From NCBI GenBank assembly GCA_040954595.2, contig CM082592.2, positions 4,108,735 through 4,172,734 on the forward strand: 64,000 nt of DNA. The letters run 5' to 3'. This DNA comes from Balanoglossus misakiensis. Taxonomy: Eukaryota > Animalia > Hemichordata. Positions 31,579 through 45,150 of this stretch are shown in pieces. The first letter of the stretch is position 1. The number at the start of each line of letters is the position of its first letter. Under the pieces are notes generated by a model. That model saw only the letters and a list, made by a program, of their open reading frames with translations. It had not been told where the DNA came from and ran no database searches. The position numbers and the translations under genes are program-made.

Positions 31579-34500
31579 GTTACTAAATTTATCAATTCCC
31601 AATTTTTTGTTGTAATCGTGGATATTTGAATTGAGAGGTCATTACTTCAGGTGACGTGTCAAAGTGAAACGTCATCATAAAGTTACAATCAAAAGCAAAA
31701 TATTCGCAGCGCCGCTTCACCCAAAAATCAACTCACACACGTCCTCCCAGGGACTTGGGAGGTTACCCCGTCGTCGTAAACCAACGACCTCTTAACGGCA
31801 GTGACTCTGGCTCGCGAGCATGGTTGCCCCGGGAAACCACTATGAAAGCACTATGTTGTGTCATGGAAGGCTGGTTTCATCAGTGAAATATAATTTTCGT
31901 TCATAAATGAATTGTTATGCGGGCGAACATCCCTTAGGATGCGATATTACTGGGAAAAAATAATCAATACTAACATAAAAGTTACATTCATATTCGACAG
32001 AAAATTGGCAGATGGAATATAAAAAACTTTCAAAAGACACCCACGTTTTGTAAGAACACCGGTGGTGGGCAATGGTCTACTCAATTATTTGCACACAGCG
32101 AAAACATTGGCAACCAAAGTTAATTGGCTACCCAGGGAAACAGGTGTCCCATATGCGCATGCTCTGGTAGGGAGAACAGTTCCAAGAAGACATGTTGTAT
32201 ACCACGCCCGGCCTGCCGTATACTCCAGAGTGGTTTTCTTAGACATCGGGTTAAAGGTTGAAAAACGCTCTTAGGTAAGTTGATAACAGTACCAGGAACG
32301 AGCTCTTGCGGGCCAGTTTCGGGCCTTTTTCGCACAATGCACAAGACCACGTGGCACTACAAATGAGTTTAACATATTGTTTTCTTCAAAACAATAAGGT
32401 CACATGTTTGCTCCACGATATTTTCAAGATCACGTTTAGATTTGGAAAATATGGCACAATTCAAGACTATTCGACTATAAATCCGACTTTCAAACAATTT
32501 ATGAGAACATTCCATGTTGGAAAGTATCCTTCATTCCGACCTACACTTTCATAGCGCTTGTTTTCACATATGCTAAAATGATTCACAATCGATCGTCGTC
32601 TGAACTGACCCTAAACCTATTGCGATCTTATACGCACAGTATATGACACCCCCCCCCCCGCATCTTAATAACAACTCACATGTTTACTTCATATCTGTCA
32701 ATCAACCGGAGGTAAAAACATATTCAAACAATGTTAAATGAAGTGTTTACACCATATTCCTCAATATCTTCTTGAAGATCAGACGACTGCAAGATGTATC
32801 ACGGGAATAACCCCATTGAAATTCCAGAGTGATTTAACAACAAGGCAATTACACCTAGCACATTTTTGTTAAGATTAATTAATTAAGCCATAGACAGCGT
32901 CGCTCTACTGGCTATGATTATACTAAAAATACTGCCAATGATTAACCTAAAAATAAAAATAAAATAGACGATGATTATTACGCGAAACATAAAGCTTTCG
33001 TTCGCCCATGTACGTTTTAAGTGCTGATCTATAGTAATGTTTTGTTACATTGTAATACGTGATTATGTTATAAGCTCCTGATGTAGAGTTGCTCTTTTAA
33101 ATGTTCGTGCTTATTTCAACTGCAACACATGTTCTGAATGTAATACTAGTTTGTGTGCTTTACATACTACGCTTAAACATGGCGGATGTGGCGAAGGCAG
33201 GCTCACTCTTTTCGAAACATCTGATACCACCTCTCGTTCGTAGAAAACCCAAGTATCTTTCTTTAATGGCTATAGTCCATGTTTGTTGGTTGGTTGCTTG
33301 ATTTGGTTGGTTGGTTTGCGTAGTGCGCATGCCGGTTACTTGATCTCATATACATAATATTATGACATCGAAATTCAAAAGGAAATTTTTCGAATGCCCC
33401 TCTACGTCAAACGCTCAACCCGCACGGTCAAAACACGAAGCAAGTGAAGCCTGTCATATATTTAGATATAAAATAAATACTTACTACATGTCATTGCCTA
33501 CTCAACATTAGTGGAAATTTGATTTTGAAAATTCCCTTTATTAATACACACACTTTAAGCCGTCTACGCGTGGTTGCCCTTTGTCATGGTAACGCGACAA
33601 ACAAGTAAATTTAATACGGATGAGTTAGCCTCTGACCATTAAGTTTCTTTGAGTTGTTAAGTTTCTTTGTAGTCGCTTTAATAGCTTAGCTTATCTATTG
33701 ATGCGTTACAAAAAACTCATTAGAGCAGGCTTCGATTCTGGTCGGCCTTTGCGATCAACTGTACAAAGTATATTAAGTGGCAGTTTATCGACAAGCATAT
33801 CCCATATACTATCTCTCTATATTACTTTCGCCTCGAATAACTTTCGTTGCAACTAACGAGAAAAACAAGACATGCGTCAATGCCCGGGTTTATATTTTTT
33901 TGGTGACTTTTCTTTCCAAAAGCAGATCTAGAGTTACAATGTATTTTTACACCCTCGATGGCGGCCTTATTATAAAGTATTAAATTATACAATATCGCCT
34001 GATTGGGTTTTACCTTCGTCGAAAATACGCTTTATTGAAAGTGTAAATAATAAATTGCTTGTCATGCATGCTTATTGCCTTGAAAGAGATACAGATAGAT
34101 CTGGATTATGTTTATGATGGAGAGACCTTGGTTGTATAACACATCTTGTATGAAGTTAAAATCCGGTGTAAAATTACATTCCGAGATCTTGCCCATCAGG
34201 CTAGCTCGCGTGATCATACATGGAGTTACTGATGTCTTTTTGAGTGTGCATGTCTGTATATATGTACTACCGAGATAGCAAGAACGACTGAACGGCTCAG
34301 TACAACAAATTTTGCTTGCAAGAATATTTCTAAAGGCCAATAATTGCGTAGATCAAGGTGGGTGTGTCTTGCGTTATTAATGATTTTTGTGACGTGAACG
34401 CACACTAATAGCCACTATCAATTTCCACCCTACCGTTTGCATGCAGTGTTTAAAACAAACAGTTATTCAATACATAAAATGGCCTATATCTACAATTTTG

Positions 34501-37500
34501 TGATTACCCGTGGATCAAATGGCATGTATTCAATATTTTATCGGGTATTGTTTGATTATAGTAGAAATGTGTTTTTCTTTGTATTATTTCACCCGAAATG
34601 ACAATGATAAATGGAAAAGAATGATCAGTGGGCTTAGGTACAGATATACATGTAGACCGTGTCTTGTACGATATAGTAAATAGAGGTAAAGGTGACTTGC
34701 CTGCTCTGGCAGAACATTTGGGGTAAAAAGATATATATTTTATTAATTAAACAATAAATGATAAAATGTCAAACAACATGCCACCTGATCCCCGTAATAA
34801 AACTCGATCGCAAAAACTTCGAAGGCGAAACGTTTGCGTTTTCGAGGTGGGTGAAGGAAAACCAATTTTGTTGGTTGTGTTGCAATAATGTACACGTCTC
34901 TACATTCGGTTATAATTCAAAAGTTCACAAACGTTTGGGCACAAAAACTTTGATATTTATGTCCGGTTGCCCCCGAAGACGAGTTTCAACTTATAATTGT
35001 ATGTCCACGTGCACGACGAAATGAGAAATCGATTATACACTGCCAACCACTGGCGCAAATCAGGATATTAGAATGATTGGTGAATAGAACCCCTGTTGTT
35101 ACTGGGAACTGTGCAAAATATTTGTATCGTGCTTTTGAATAAACGGCGTCGTTTCCACGTGAGCTTGAATAGCGAGAACTGTGTACTATTCTATTGGCTT
35201 TACTTCTGTAAGGAGAAGTTGTAGTGGATTTTTAATTTTATCGATGTATGACAAGTTTTAAACACCAACTTATACTAAGTGCTTACTGAATACTTAGTAA
35301 TAAACAATGTAAACTAGCGACTTATAAAATTCCTTGTATTCAGGTTAATTTTCTAATGAGCAATTATCCAGTAGGTCACAAGTTGTCCATGTGCATTTTC
35401 ATGTCGGGTATACCGTTACTCCGAAAGACAATAGGAAAGCGTGATTTACACGCATGTTATTTTCTGTACAATCTGTTAGCAGACTAGTATGGCCGCGAAG
35501 CAGCCATTTTGAGTGTGTCCATGCTAGGTTTCCATGGTATCGTGGAACGTATGCATTGTACAAGGACATGAATAGATAATTAAAACTCGACAACTACACA
35601 CTTACAAGTACTTCATATGCGATACTAGGATGAACGTGTCTTTTTTTCTCTGCTATTCCCACAACAATACTTAATGACGTGTCTGTATAATCACTGAAGC
35701 CAGGGCAAATCACCGACGTACAATGTACCAGCAAACTTTGTGCAATTTAATCATGTCAGAAACTCCTCAAATTCACCCTACCGATCAAATCTCAACCCGG
35801 AACCAGATTTTGTTTCACGGGGAGGGGGATTTCGTTTCTTCAAACCTGGCCTCCAAGAGAACCCCTAACAATTTATTTAACCCGCCCTGGATTCGTTGTG
35901 AATACAGCCTTCCCGACATCATAGCGCATGCGATATCCAAGTCAAAAATGCAAATTTTGATTGAAATTGGTGTACACGACATACAACCAGAAACAAGTAT
36001 TATGCGCGCTACTTTACTGACACAAACATATCTCCATTTTTTTCTGTTTGGTTGAAATCTGTGACAGAGAGAAATATAAATCCCATGTCTGTGACTTAAT
36101 ACGGTCTTCTACAATTCCAAATTGATCAAAGATGAGTAATTTTAATATATAATCCGGCGATCTGTGATAAATACACGCCATTGCAACAAAAATGAATTCA
36201 TCGATTAATAGGGCACGTCATCATGAATGAGCACATAATACCATATTGTGACAAACATATGTGCAGCATTATATGATTGTTGTGAAAAGTTTCAGGCAAT
36301 TGATGTATATATATAAAATGTTTACTCTACATACATCCCTTCAAATTCAGTCGTGTCATGTCGGCCCACGGGTTTTCTACTTTCCCCGCAGTTGGTGTAA
36401 TTGAAGTGTCTGTCATATGACAACGGCATCCGAGCGGTATATACTGTTGCGCCGATCGATTTCAGCTTCTGCGCTCAATTCTGCGTGACGCGTCATTCAA
36501 CCAAACGATGCAAACTGCTTTAGTCGTGAAATTCCGATTTTGGTGATGAAAAAGAAAACAGTTACGGCGCGCGGGCTGCCGACTTGATTGATGCGTTTGA
36601 ATAACTCAGCTTCCTCCATTTTCTATTTCATATGAAAATAGTAATCGCTCTTTTATCACGTTGATGTGGTCACGGCATAAACAAACCCATCATGTCGAGA
36701 AGAGGGCCGTCTCGGTATTTACACACTGTTAGCCGCAGTGTGACGTGACACCGATTTTGGGCTCTGTGAAGAGTCGACCGTCTCTTTCAGTGACGAACTA
36801 CGCCGTCCGCCAGCGTCATCAAAAGAGCACGGTCGCCTAAATATTTTGATATCGTATTTTAGCGCCATTTCAAACGGCGCTATTGTTTGCCGACTGATTA
36901 AATCTTCCTTCACACACATTCACCTTTGATGCCCATTCAACATAAAATTCATTCCGCGAGGGAAATGCTTCTTTGTCACGTTTTCTTTCCTGTTATCTAT
37001 CCCACACTCGGGTCCATCAGCTGCAAGTGTTTAACCCGGGGAGCTGCCAGATTGGCCGCCTGTTATATTTCTTGCAATATCTGCTAATTTTTGCTGCCTA
37101 CAATTATGATTATCAAAAATAACTGACACGCTGCGCTTGAGGGAAAGTGCAATTATGTAGCACTGGAGAATCTACGCTCTAGTTCACGTGCCTAATGGCG
37201 TCGGCATATCACCTAACAGGGCCCCCCTTTTCAGCATTCAAATATCCGTGGAAACACGTCGAACGTAATCTTGTAAGGTCACGGCTTTGTTATTCAAATA
37301 ACACGACGTTTTAGAATTCAAGAGAAGCGGCCACTTTTGTTGTCGAATTACGGCGATGAAACAGGCTGGAAAGGGTGCAACGCCTTATTACAAATTGCCT
37401 CCGCCAGGGGGAGTCCAGGCCGGTGATATCATTCTTAATCTACAAAAATCACGGTGCACCTTTTTTCGCGAACAAATATTTGGGCATCGGAACTTGGTGG

Positions 37501-38295
37501 GCGCAGCTCCCGGAAAGTTGTGGCATATTCAGCCGCCCGCCTAAGCAATCGTGATTTTAATACCGATAGAAATAATGAATGGTAATATCTCTTGAAAATT
37601 CAATATTTAATATCCGTGACTTGGCTTTCGTGTAAACGTAAAAGCGATTGCTGACGGGATCAGTTTAAATGTGGGGATTTCTGCGTACTAAGAGATTAAG
37701 AGCACGGGGCGAAGGAGCCTTTTCACTTTCAGAGCAGATTTTGAGGCTTCGACTTTTCTACTTCAGCATAAATTCGCCTTTAGGGTCATTGCCTTGGCAA
37801 CCGACACCTGACTATCACTTACGTTATTCGTGGAATTATCATACCGCGCCGAATCGTTAAATCGCTCGGCATTTTCACGTAATTTTAAACGGTCGGCCGG
37901 ATTGCCGTAAAACTGAATAGGGTTCAGGGATTACAAAAGTCATCAGCAGCTGCCATTTTATATGAAAGGGGTTAGAGACATGCGTGGTAATCGCGTAAAA
38001 TGAGTTTCCCTTGTTGTGAAAGCAGTTACGGAAAGGGTGATTTCCTGTTGTCGGTAAGGGTAATATCAACATATCTGTCTTTGTGTCATACACATCTGTA
38101 CTGTGGAAGGTCTCAATGCTCTGCCCTCAGCATATACGAGCGTCTATCCATCAGTACAGGCCATTCAAAGGATATCAGTAAATTAATTACCCAATTTGAG
38201 ATAACACGCACATCCCCGGTAGAAATCTTAACAGTAGCAAATAAAGACATTTAAGTCATAAATTTAAGACCCACACGCATATCTGCATACTTGTG

Positions 38296-38468
38296 TACAT
38301 ACATGCATGCATGCATGCATACATACATACATACATACATACATACATACATACATACATACATACATACATACATACATACATACATACATACATACAT
38401 ACATACATACATACATACATACATACATACATACATACATACATACATACATACATACATACATACAT

Positions 38469-38527
<59 letters not shown>

Positions 38528-38558
38528 TACATACAGACATACAGACATACAGACAGAC
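38296..38558 (+). repeat. Compound (TACA)n/(GACA)n microsatellite
   Basis: Directly visible. Confidence 0.98.
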
Positions 38559-41500
38559 AATGGCACAGATCGTTTGAAGGACATTAAAGCTTTTAATGCG
38601 TTGGCATCAACTGCTCAACGGATTAGCCCTGTCAATCAGAATTCCGAAGCAGCCATTTTTGTTTGCAATACCCAATATGGATGGCTCATCACAAAACTGC
38701 GAAAGAGAAAGCTCGCTCGTCACAACGAAATTTAAAGTTTGATACTTTGTACCCCATCCGAGAATGGCTCTTGTCGAACGTCTGGGCGTTATGTGATGTC
38801 GTGTTAAATCGGTTGTGATTGCAAAATTTTGAATTGGTATTAGTCATTTGGAAATTCACACGTAGCAGAAAGAGTTTATGTTGAGTATACTACACGGTAC
38901 GTCGCTCGGTAATACCCGGAAAATAGAAAGGGTAACACCACGTACACGTAACAGGTATCGGTGGGTGTGTTAAAAGTCTGAATACATTTGGATGGTGAGA
39001 TCAAGCAGATTGTTTTCCCTCCATGTACCCCCTCAATGTGGGACACATCATCATCATTCCTGTGAACCAGTAATAATCAGTGAATCTGTTTATACCCAGG
39101 TCGCTTGGCAACCGCTTATTGTGTGGATGTCGTCAAAATGAGTTTGTAGCCAAGTATCTTGTACGTGTTGATTTGTTTGTGCGCCGTTGCTAGGCACCCG
39201 CGGCGACTAGCGAAGAGAGCGAGGGGGAAACGCCGCCGACAAGGTGATCTGCATCAAAACTAGTTTCATCCAACTTGAACCACTGGAAATTACTCTTTGC
39301 GGAGACTATTTTGTTTTTGCCGGGAGAATATATTGGGTGCAGGGACAGGGAAAGGTATGTATGAATTGTGAAAATATTATTTGTAACCGTCGACTGTGTG
39401 GCAACACATGCGGGTTAAACCGAATGCTTGGGATTAAGTCGATATTATCCTTTGGAAACAATTGTGTGTACACATGTACAGCGATGGGGATGCGGAGGAG
39501 AGTGTAATGATGAAACTAGACCAAAATGGCGGATGGCTTTCCGTCGACACAACATGATGGAAAGCTTTTTTCCCTCCATATGCTCACCTCGTGATGAATC
39601 ATTCCTCGAGTAAAACCAGTGTACCTATTTCCTGACGCGTCGCCGCCTCGAATATCATTTTATTCAGGCGTCGCTCTACAGAAAAATATATATATACATC
39701 TTCCCAACCTCGTGGGTTTTATCTGGTATTATCTTAAACGCTGTTGCGACGAGTAGGATGCTCACTTCGCATTCCGATTTGCACTCATTGAAATTTCAAA
39801 ACCGAATCGATAAAACTGGATCGCGTCTGGCGAGTTGGGGTGGATGACGATGGAATTAGCAAGTGAATGTGTGAGCTAGGTTGTTGTTCAAACGGAGTAG
39901 CGTAACACTAGATGGCTAGTCGGTGAAAGTGGGCGAGCGGTGTTAAGTGTTCGTTACGTGAACAGTCAGCCGACCCCGATTCCCTTCAACAGCCTTATAT
40001 AGTAGACGGCGCGGATGTTTAACGGTGAAAGTTATCATTTCATTTTCGTTTCGTTTCGTTTCATTTCGGTTCTCACGATCGCCGTATTCAATTCACGTAC
40101 CCGCTTTCGCTGCTCATTCTCTCGGACATAATGAACACGCTAGCCGATCTCAAACGGCTGCATAATGAAATAACGCGTTTGAAAAAATTCGTCGAAACCC
40201 CATTTCAAAAAGACGCCGGTTCATATGATCGAGTAAATTGTAATCTGTGGACATATTTAGACCGAATAAACATCTAACGCATTTATCAGTCGCTTTCCAA
40301 ATCCTGTAGCCGTGTCGTGATCGATGAATTCGTAAACAGCGCCGTACTGTCATGCTAGCCTAATTCGACCGCTAACTTGCATTAAAACAGTAATATCGAT
40401 TCAGATTCTTGAAATGTGGTCTGTTGTTTTTGCATTTTAACGTCTTTCATATTATCAGCAAATATATTTAAGTTTTTATATATATATACTTGATGTGTGT
40501 TATTTTGACAGCAACAGGACTTGGTATTTTGACACCAAGAGGGCTGATTTAGTATATTAACTTGTATGAATTATAGGCCTACACACCAGGCACATTAAAG
40601 CCCCCGGGGATTTCTACACGACAAGTAATGTTATCATCGACTTGTGAAATGTGGTTCAGGTATCTCGGTTCTATGTGATGGAACTATCATACAATTTCAG
40701 TAAATACGTGGAACTCTGCAAAGATAAAAAATGCCCAACTATATAGGTGATGAGTCATTGTGTACAGAGAGATTTCGTCAACAAAAACAGAAAATACTGC
40801 TATAGTGGTGGGGAAGATAATACAATATAGTGTGACACAGCCCCCGGCGTTGCCAGATAACCAATTGCAAAGCGTTAATCTGGTGACATTGACGTTAACC
40901 TATACTTTTGACCGGATTAGCATTACATTACAACGGGAGAATTCAGATCGAACTACTCGCCAGCCGTAAACTAGGAACTGTCGACGTCGGGGGGATCGGC
41001 CCCGGCGGTATACACAGCCGCATAGACGCCTAGCCTGTCACGCCACCCCCCCCCCCTGCCCACTTGATTGTACCTCGTACACTGCTCTATGGAGCTGTGC
41101 CTAAAATTGAACAGGCGGCAGTCAAGATCTCAGACTGTAACCCATTTTCTTGCGCTTTTCACCTTCCCCATAAATGCATACATCTCCCACATCAAGTGAT
41201 TTGCCTGTAGGGACGAAGTCTTGTCACACACAATATATATACGTCTAGCGGTAAATATTGTAGTAATAAATCCAGTAGTACAGTTTCATGGCGGATGGCT
41301 CATATGTTTTTCGCAGTTCGTTGTTTCTATATTGCAAACATGGCGAATCATTAAACTTACATCACGAGTATTGATGTGAATTACCATTTGATATTATTCC
41401 GTCAATAATAAATAAATTGGAACTTTATATTTCGAACCATTGACATTATTCCGGTAAAGTAAAAAATTAATTACCCAATTTATTTTCTTATACGTCTCCT

Positions 41501-42515
41501 AGTAACCTTCCACTTATTAATGTTCGCCAGTGAGGTGCGGCGCTTCCCTTAATGAGTTTTGCCTTCGCTATCTTGTAAACAATGAACTTTCTAATCAGCG
41601 GGAGGAAACGGAGATACACAACCTTGTACCGACCCCCTATCACCACCCCCAAAAATCCCGAATTTCGTTGGGCACACGGGCATGCGAGGACTGCCCGCCA
41701 ATTCTGGTTTGCTTAAATAGGTATTTACTTCGTGCTAGGGGGTCAATCCTATTTAAATCATTGCATTCTGGGTAAAAGATCGACAACTCACTGTAATAAG
41801 ACCTAGAAGAGATGACATCTTTATAGTTAGCATATTAAACTCCTTCAATTTATTTTACATTTTGTTATTTTCTCTGTTACAAAGTTTCAGAATGACCCAG
41901 TATCGCTTTACCTCATGACCTTCCATGGCAAGAATCGGCCATCTTGAAATTGTGTCGACCATATAAGATTTTCATCACTCACCTAGGTAGCAATTACACC
42001 TATTTGGATAGACTGCGTGAATTCGAACAAAAACAGGAAACACGGAGAGACGTTATTTTAGCAATTGCACCTTCATTGTTTTTCAAGGTCTCCGTTGAAC
42101 ATATGCACAAGCATTATGGCAGATTGTAATAAAAGCAATAAAAATATTTAATAGACACTATCAAGACAAGTGACACAAATGAGAAGCATAAACCCAATTT
42201 CCGAAGCCAGGTTCACGAATAAGAGACAATCACGAGGTTTCGGAAATATTCAACATTGATTCTCTGAGTTTAAATGCATTAGATACAAGGCCGCACAGTG
42301 GACGAATGAGATGTATCGCTCACAATTGAAATAAACTTCGGAAGTGAAAATCTTAAACGGCTTTAAGCGGAAACCTTTTTTTCTCAATTTGTCATACAGG
42401 GGAGATATACATGTACTTATTGTTACAAAAAGCGACAGTGTTCCGTTCTCACTTGTCCCTTCGGCCTTCCTCTGTTTCTGGCGAAGGAATAGAATAGCTC
42501 AGCTCGGCTCAGGTC

Positions 42516-42639
42516 AGAATAGAATAGAATAGAATAGAATAGAATAGAATAGAATAGAATAGAATAGAGTAGAATAGAATAGAATAGAATAGAATAGAAT
42601 AGAATAGAATAGAATAGAATAGAATAGAATAGAATAGAA
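42516..42639 (+). repeat. (AGAAT)n pentanucleotide microsatellite
   Basis: Directly visible. Confidence 0.98.
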
Positions 42640-43927
42640 CATATAAAACCAAATCAAGTTAGAAAAGCGTATAATCAAGCAAATATTTGAACGGTGCACA
42701 ATTTATATGTTCAACCTCAAGCAAAGTCTTGTGTATACAAGTACAATTATAATTGCCCGCTGCGTTTTTAAAACGTTGGCAATTTTTGATTAAAAATAAC
42801 CAGAGTGCTCGCTGTCTGTTGCCTACATGTCCTGTTAAAACTCTCTGTTTATCACTGTCGATGGGTATTTTACTGGGTTTTTATGCGTTCATCATGCGCA
42901 TGCGTGAGTGATAAATGTGGGATTATAATTTACAGACTCGTCTGCCTTTCAGCTTGACCACACGACCCGCCAAAGAAACAAACATCAGTACGTCACATCT
43001 GTTATGCAAATTAATTTCCCTTTACGGATTTCTAGGAATATTTTGATCATTTACGCGCATGTTAATCTATTTCAACACGGCCACTTCTAGCTCACTAGAG
43101 TTTTCAATATTTATTTCGTTATCGCTTCCGTTCTCTCGATTGATGTCATGAAAATATGCCTTCTTATACGTCAATAAGCTTTTGAATACCGATAACTATA
43201 TCGAGCTGTTTTTTTATAATTCGCCAGTTCAAAGGTCATTTTCCGTAAACGAAACTGACTTCAAATAGTGCTTTACGGCAAAATACTACACGATGTTTCT
43301 TGTAGGTTTAATATATACTTAATCAACAAGCGCACCACAAGGGTTTTCAGATATAGCATTCTTATCTCCGATATAGCATAATTATAATTCATATTACCAG
43401 GTCGAGATATGAACTTCATTACATGCACGGCAACAAAATCGATGGTCAAATCGCGATATCCCAGAAAAATAAAGCGTTAAGCGAAGTAGGAAACGAATAT
43501 TGACAATAACCGGCATATAGTTACACTTCTTGGGTCGTGGAAATAGAGATAATCAATTTCTAATCGAGTCAGATTTCATACATTCCCCTCAGTTATTGCT
43601 GCCACTATTGTTGTTGCTGCTGCTGCTATTTCGGCGTTCACCGAATAACGCATCTTCTGCAAATATTTATACTTCGCCGAGATTCACATAAAACCATATG
43701 GCGTACTTGAATATACCGTGATGTTAAATACCTGGCAACAGTTGTCCTGAAAAGGTCTTTCCCCACATACATAAAACCATAAACAGTAGAGGATAAAACA
43801 TATATTTTACCATGTAAATCCATGAACACTCCCCGCCTTTAAATTTGAGGATAAGTGCGGCCGATATCAGTTTGAAATCTAAAAAATAAAATGGCAAGTG
43901 TGAGCTAATACTTGCGTTCCATAAATG

Positions 43928-45150
43928 TTAAAGGTATATATGCAGTCACCTATGCAAATTTAACCACTATTACCATGGAAAATTCAAATATATAGCTGTC
44001 AGAGGTGGAGGGCACCCCTCTGATTCCCGGATAAATATTGAGCTGCTATCAGTGCCAAGGAGTAAACATCCGTGTATAAGGTATGGGGAGAAACTACACA
44101 AACCAGTGCGGATACAATAATACAGTTGATTTAATTTAAATCAACTAAATAATAATATAAAGACAATACTAGAAATATAATTTTTGTGCACAATATCAAA
44201 TGTCTCTGTCCTAACCAATTTAGCAGGCACAGGTATACTGATACAATCGATCATACAATACAATGGGTTACTTAATATATTTCATAAATGAATATATTCA
44301 CAATATCACTATAGTTCATTGTCTATTGCATATTGTCTAAACAATGGTAAGTGTCACTTAGCTGTATATAACATTCATAGTAAACGATTATGATTCAACC
44401 ACAATATGGGATGGAGTCCTGTGTAGATGAACGATGTAGCGACGATCCACATTACACATACAATCTGTGATACACCATGTTTTCTACCACTTGTAGTCCT
44501 CCAGTAGTCAAGTAAACACACTGAAGACTGACTTGTTAGATGCAAGTCTTGGGTTCAATGGACGAGAATTCTTCACCACACTTCATGCTCAGCAATACCG
44601 GGTCTATAGGATGGTTCCACAGAACTCTGCTTGGAGCAATTTCCAGCCACACCACATACGACCATGCCAGCCACGCCAAACGCCCGACCACACCGGTTTG
44701 CACTGAATAAGCCCTATACTGCTTTCTAGAAGTACTGAATTTACTTCCACTCGAATTGCAGAAACAGTGGTCCTGAGAGCACTAATGCGCGCTACAGCAT
44801 TACATGGACACAGCAAGCTATGGTGCAATATTTCCCCTAGTATTTCTCCTAACTGAGCAGGGAGACCCGACTTGTTGCTCCCTTCAAGATCTAAATTGAA
44901 GTGTGCTCTCTTACTACACGAAACTTAGCTAACGAAGCCCTATTCATTAACATGACAATACACAGTGTCACTACACCTGAAATTATGCGGGCACCTGGGT
45001 TTCCACTGACTCCAGTACTACCTAATTATATGACAATAGCCAATCTCTGATTTTCGGTGAGGGGCACAAGCGAAAAACATGCGCAACCCACATGTTGATT
45101 CGCATACATAGACTCGCCCAATTACCATATAAAGCCATACGTAAATTAGA
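43928..45150 (+). mobile_element. TTAA-flanked MITE interrupted by a solo LTR
   Basis: 43928-43996 joined to 45041 onward aligns with the reverse complement of ~17700-17887; right boundary approximate. Confidence 0.7.
43997..45035. mobile_element. Solo LTR (1039 bp) with 5-bp TSD
   Basis: TGTCA...TGACA termini flanked by ATAGC at 43992-43996 and 45036-45040; host sequence resumes exactly after it. Confidence 0.85.

Noticed and set aside
38251-38735. MYVC/HTYI repeat ORFs
   Set aside because: Translations of the (TACA)n/(GACA)n microsatellite.
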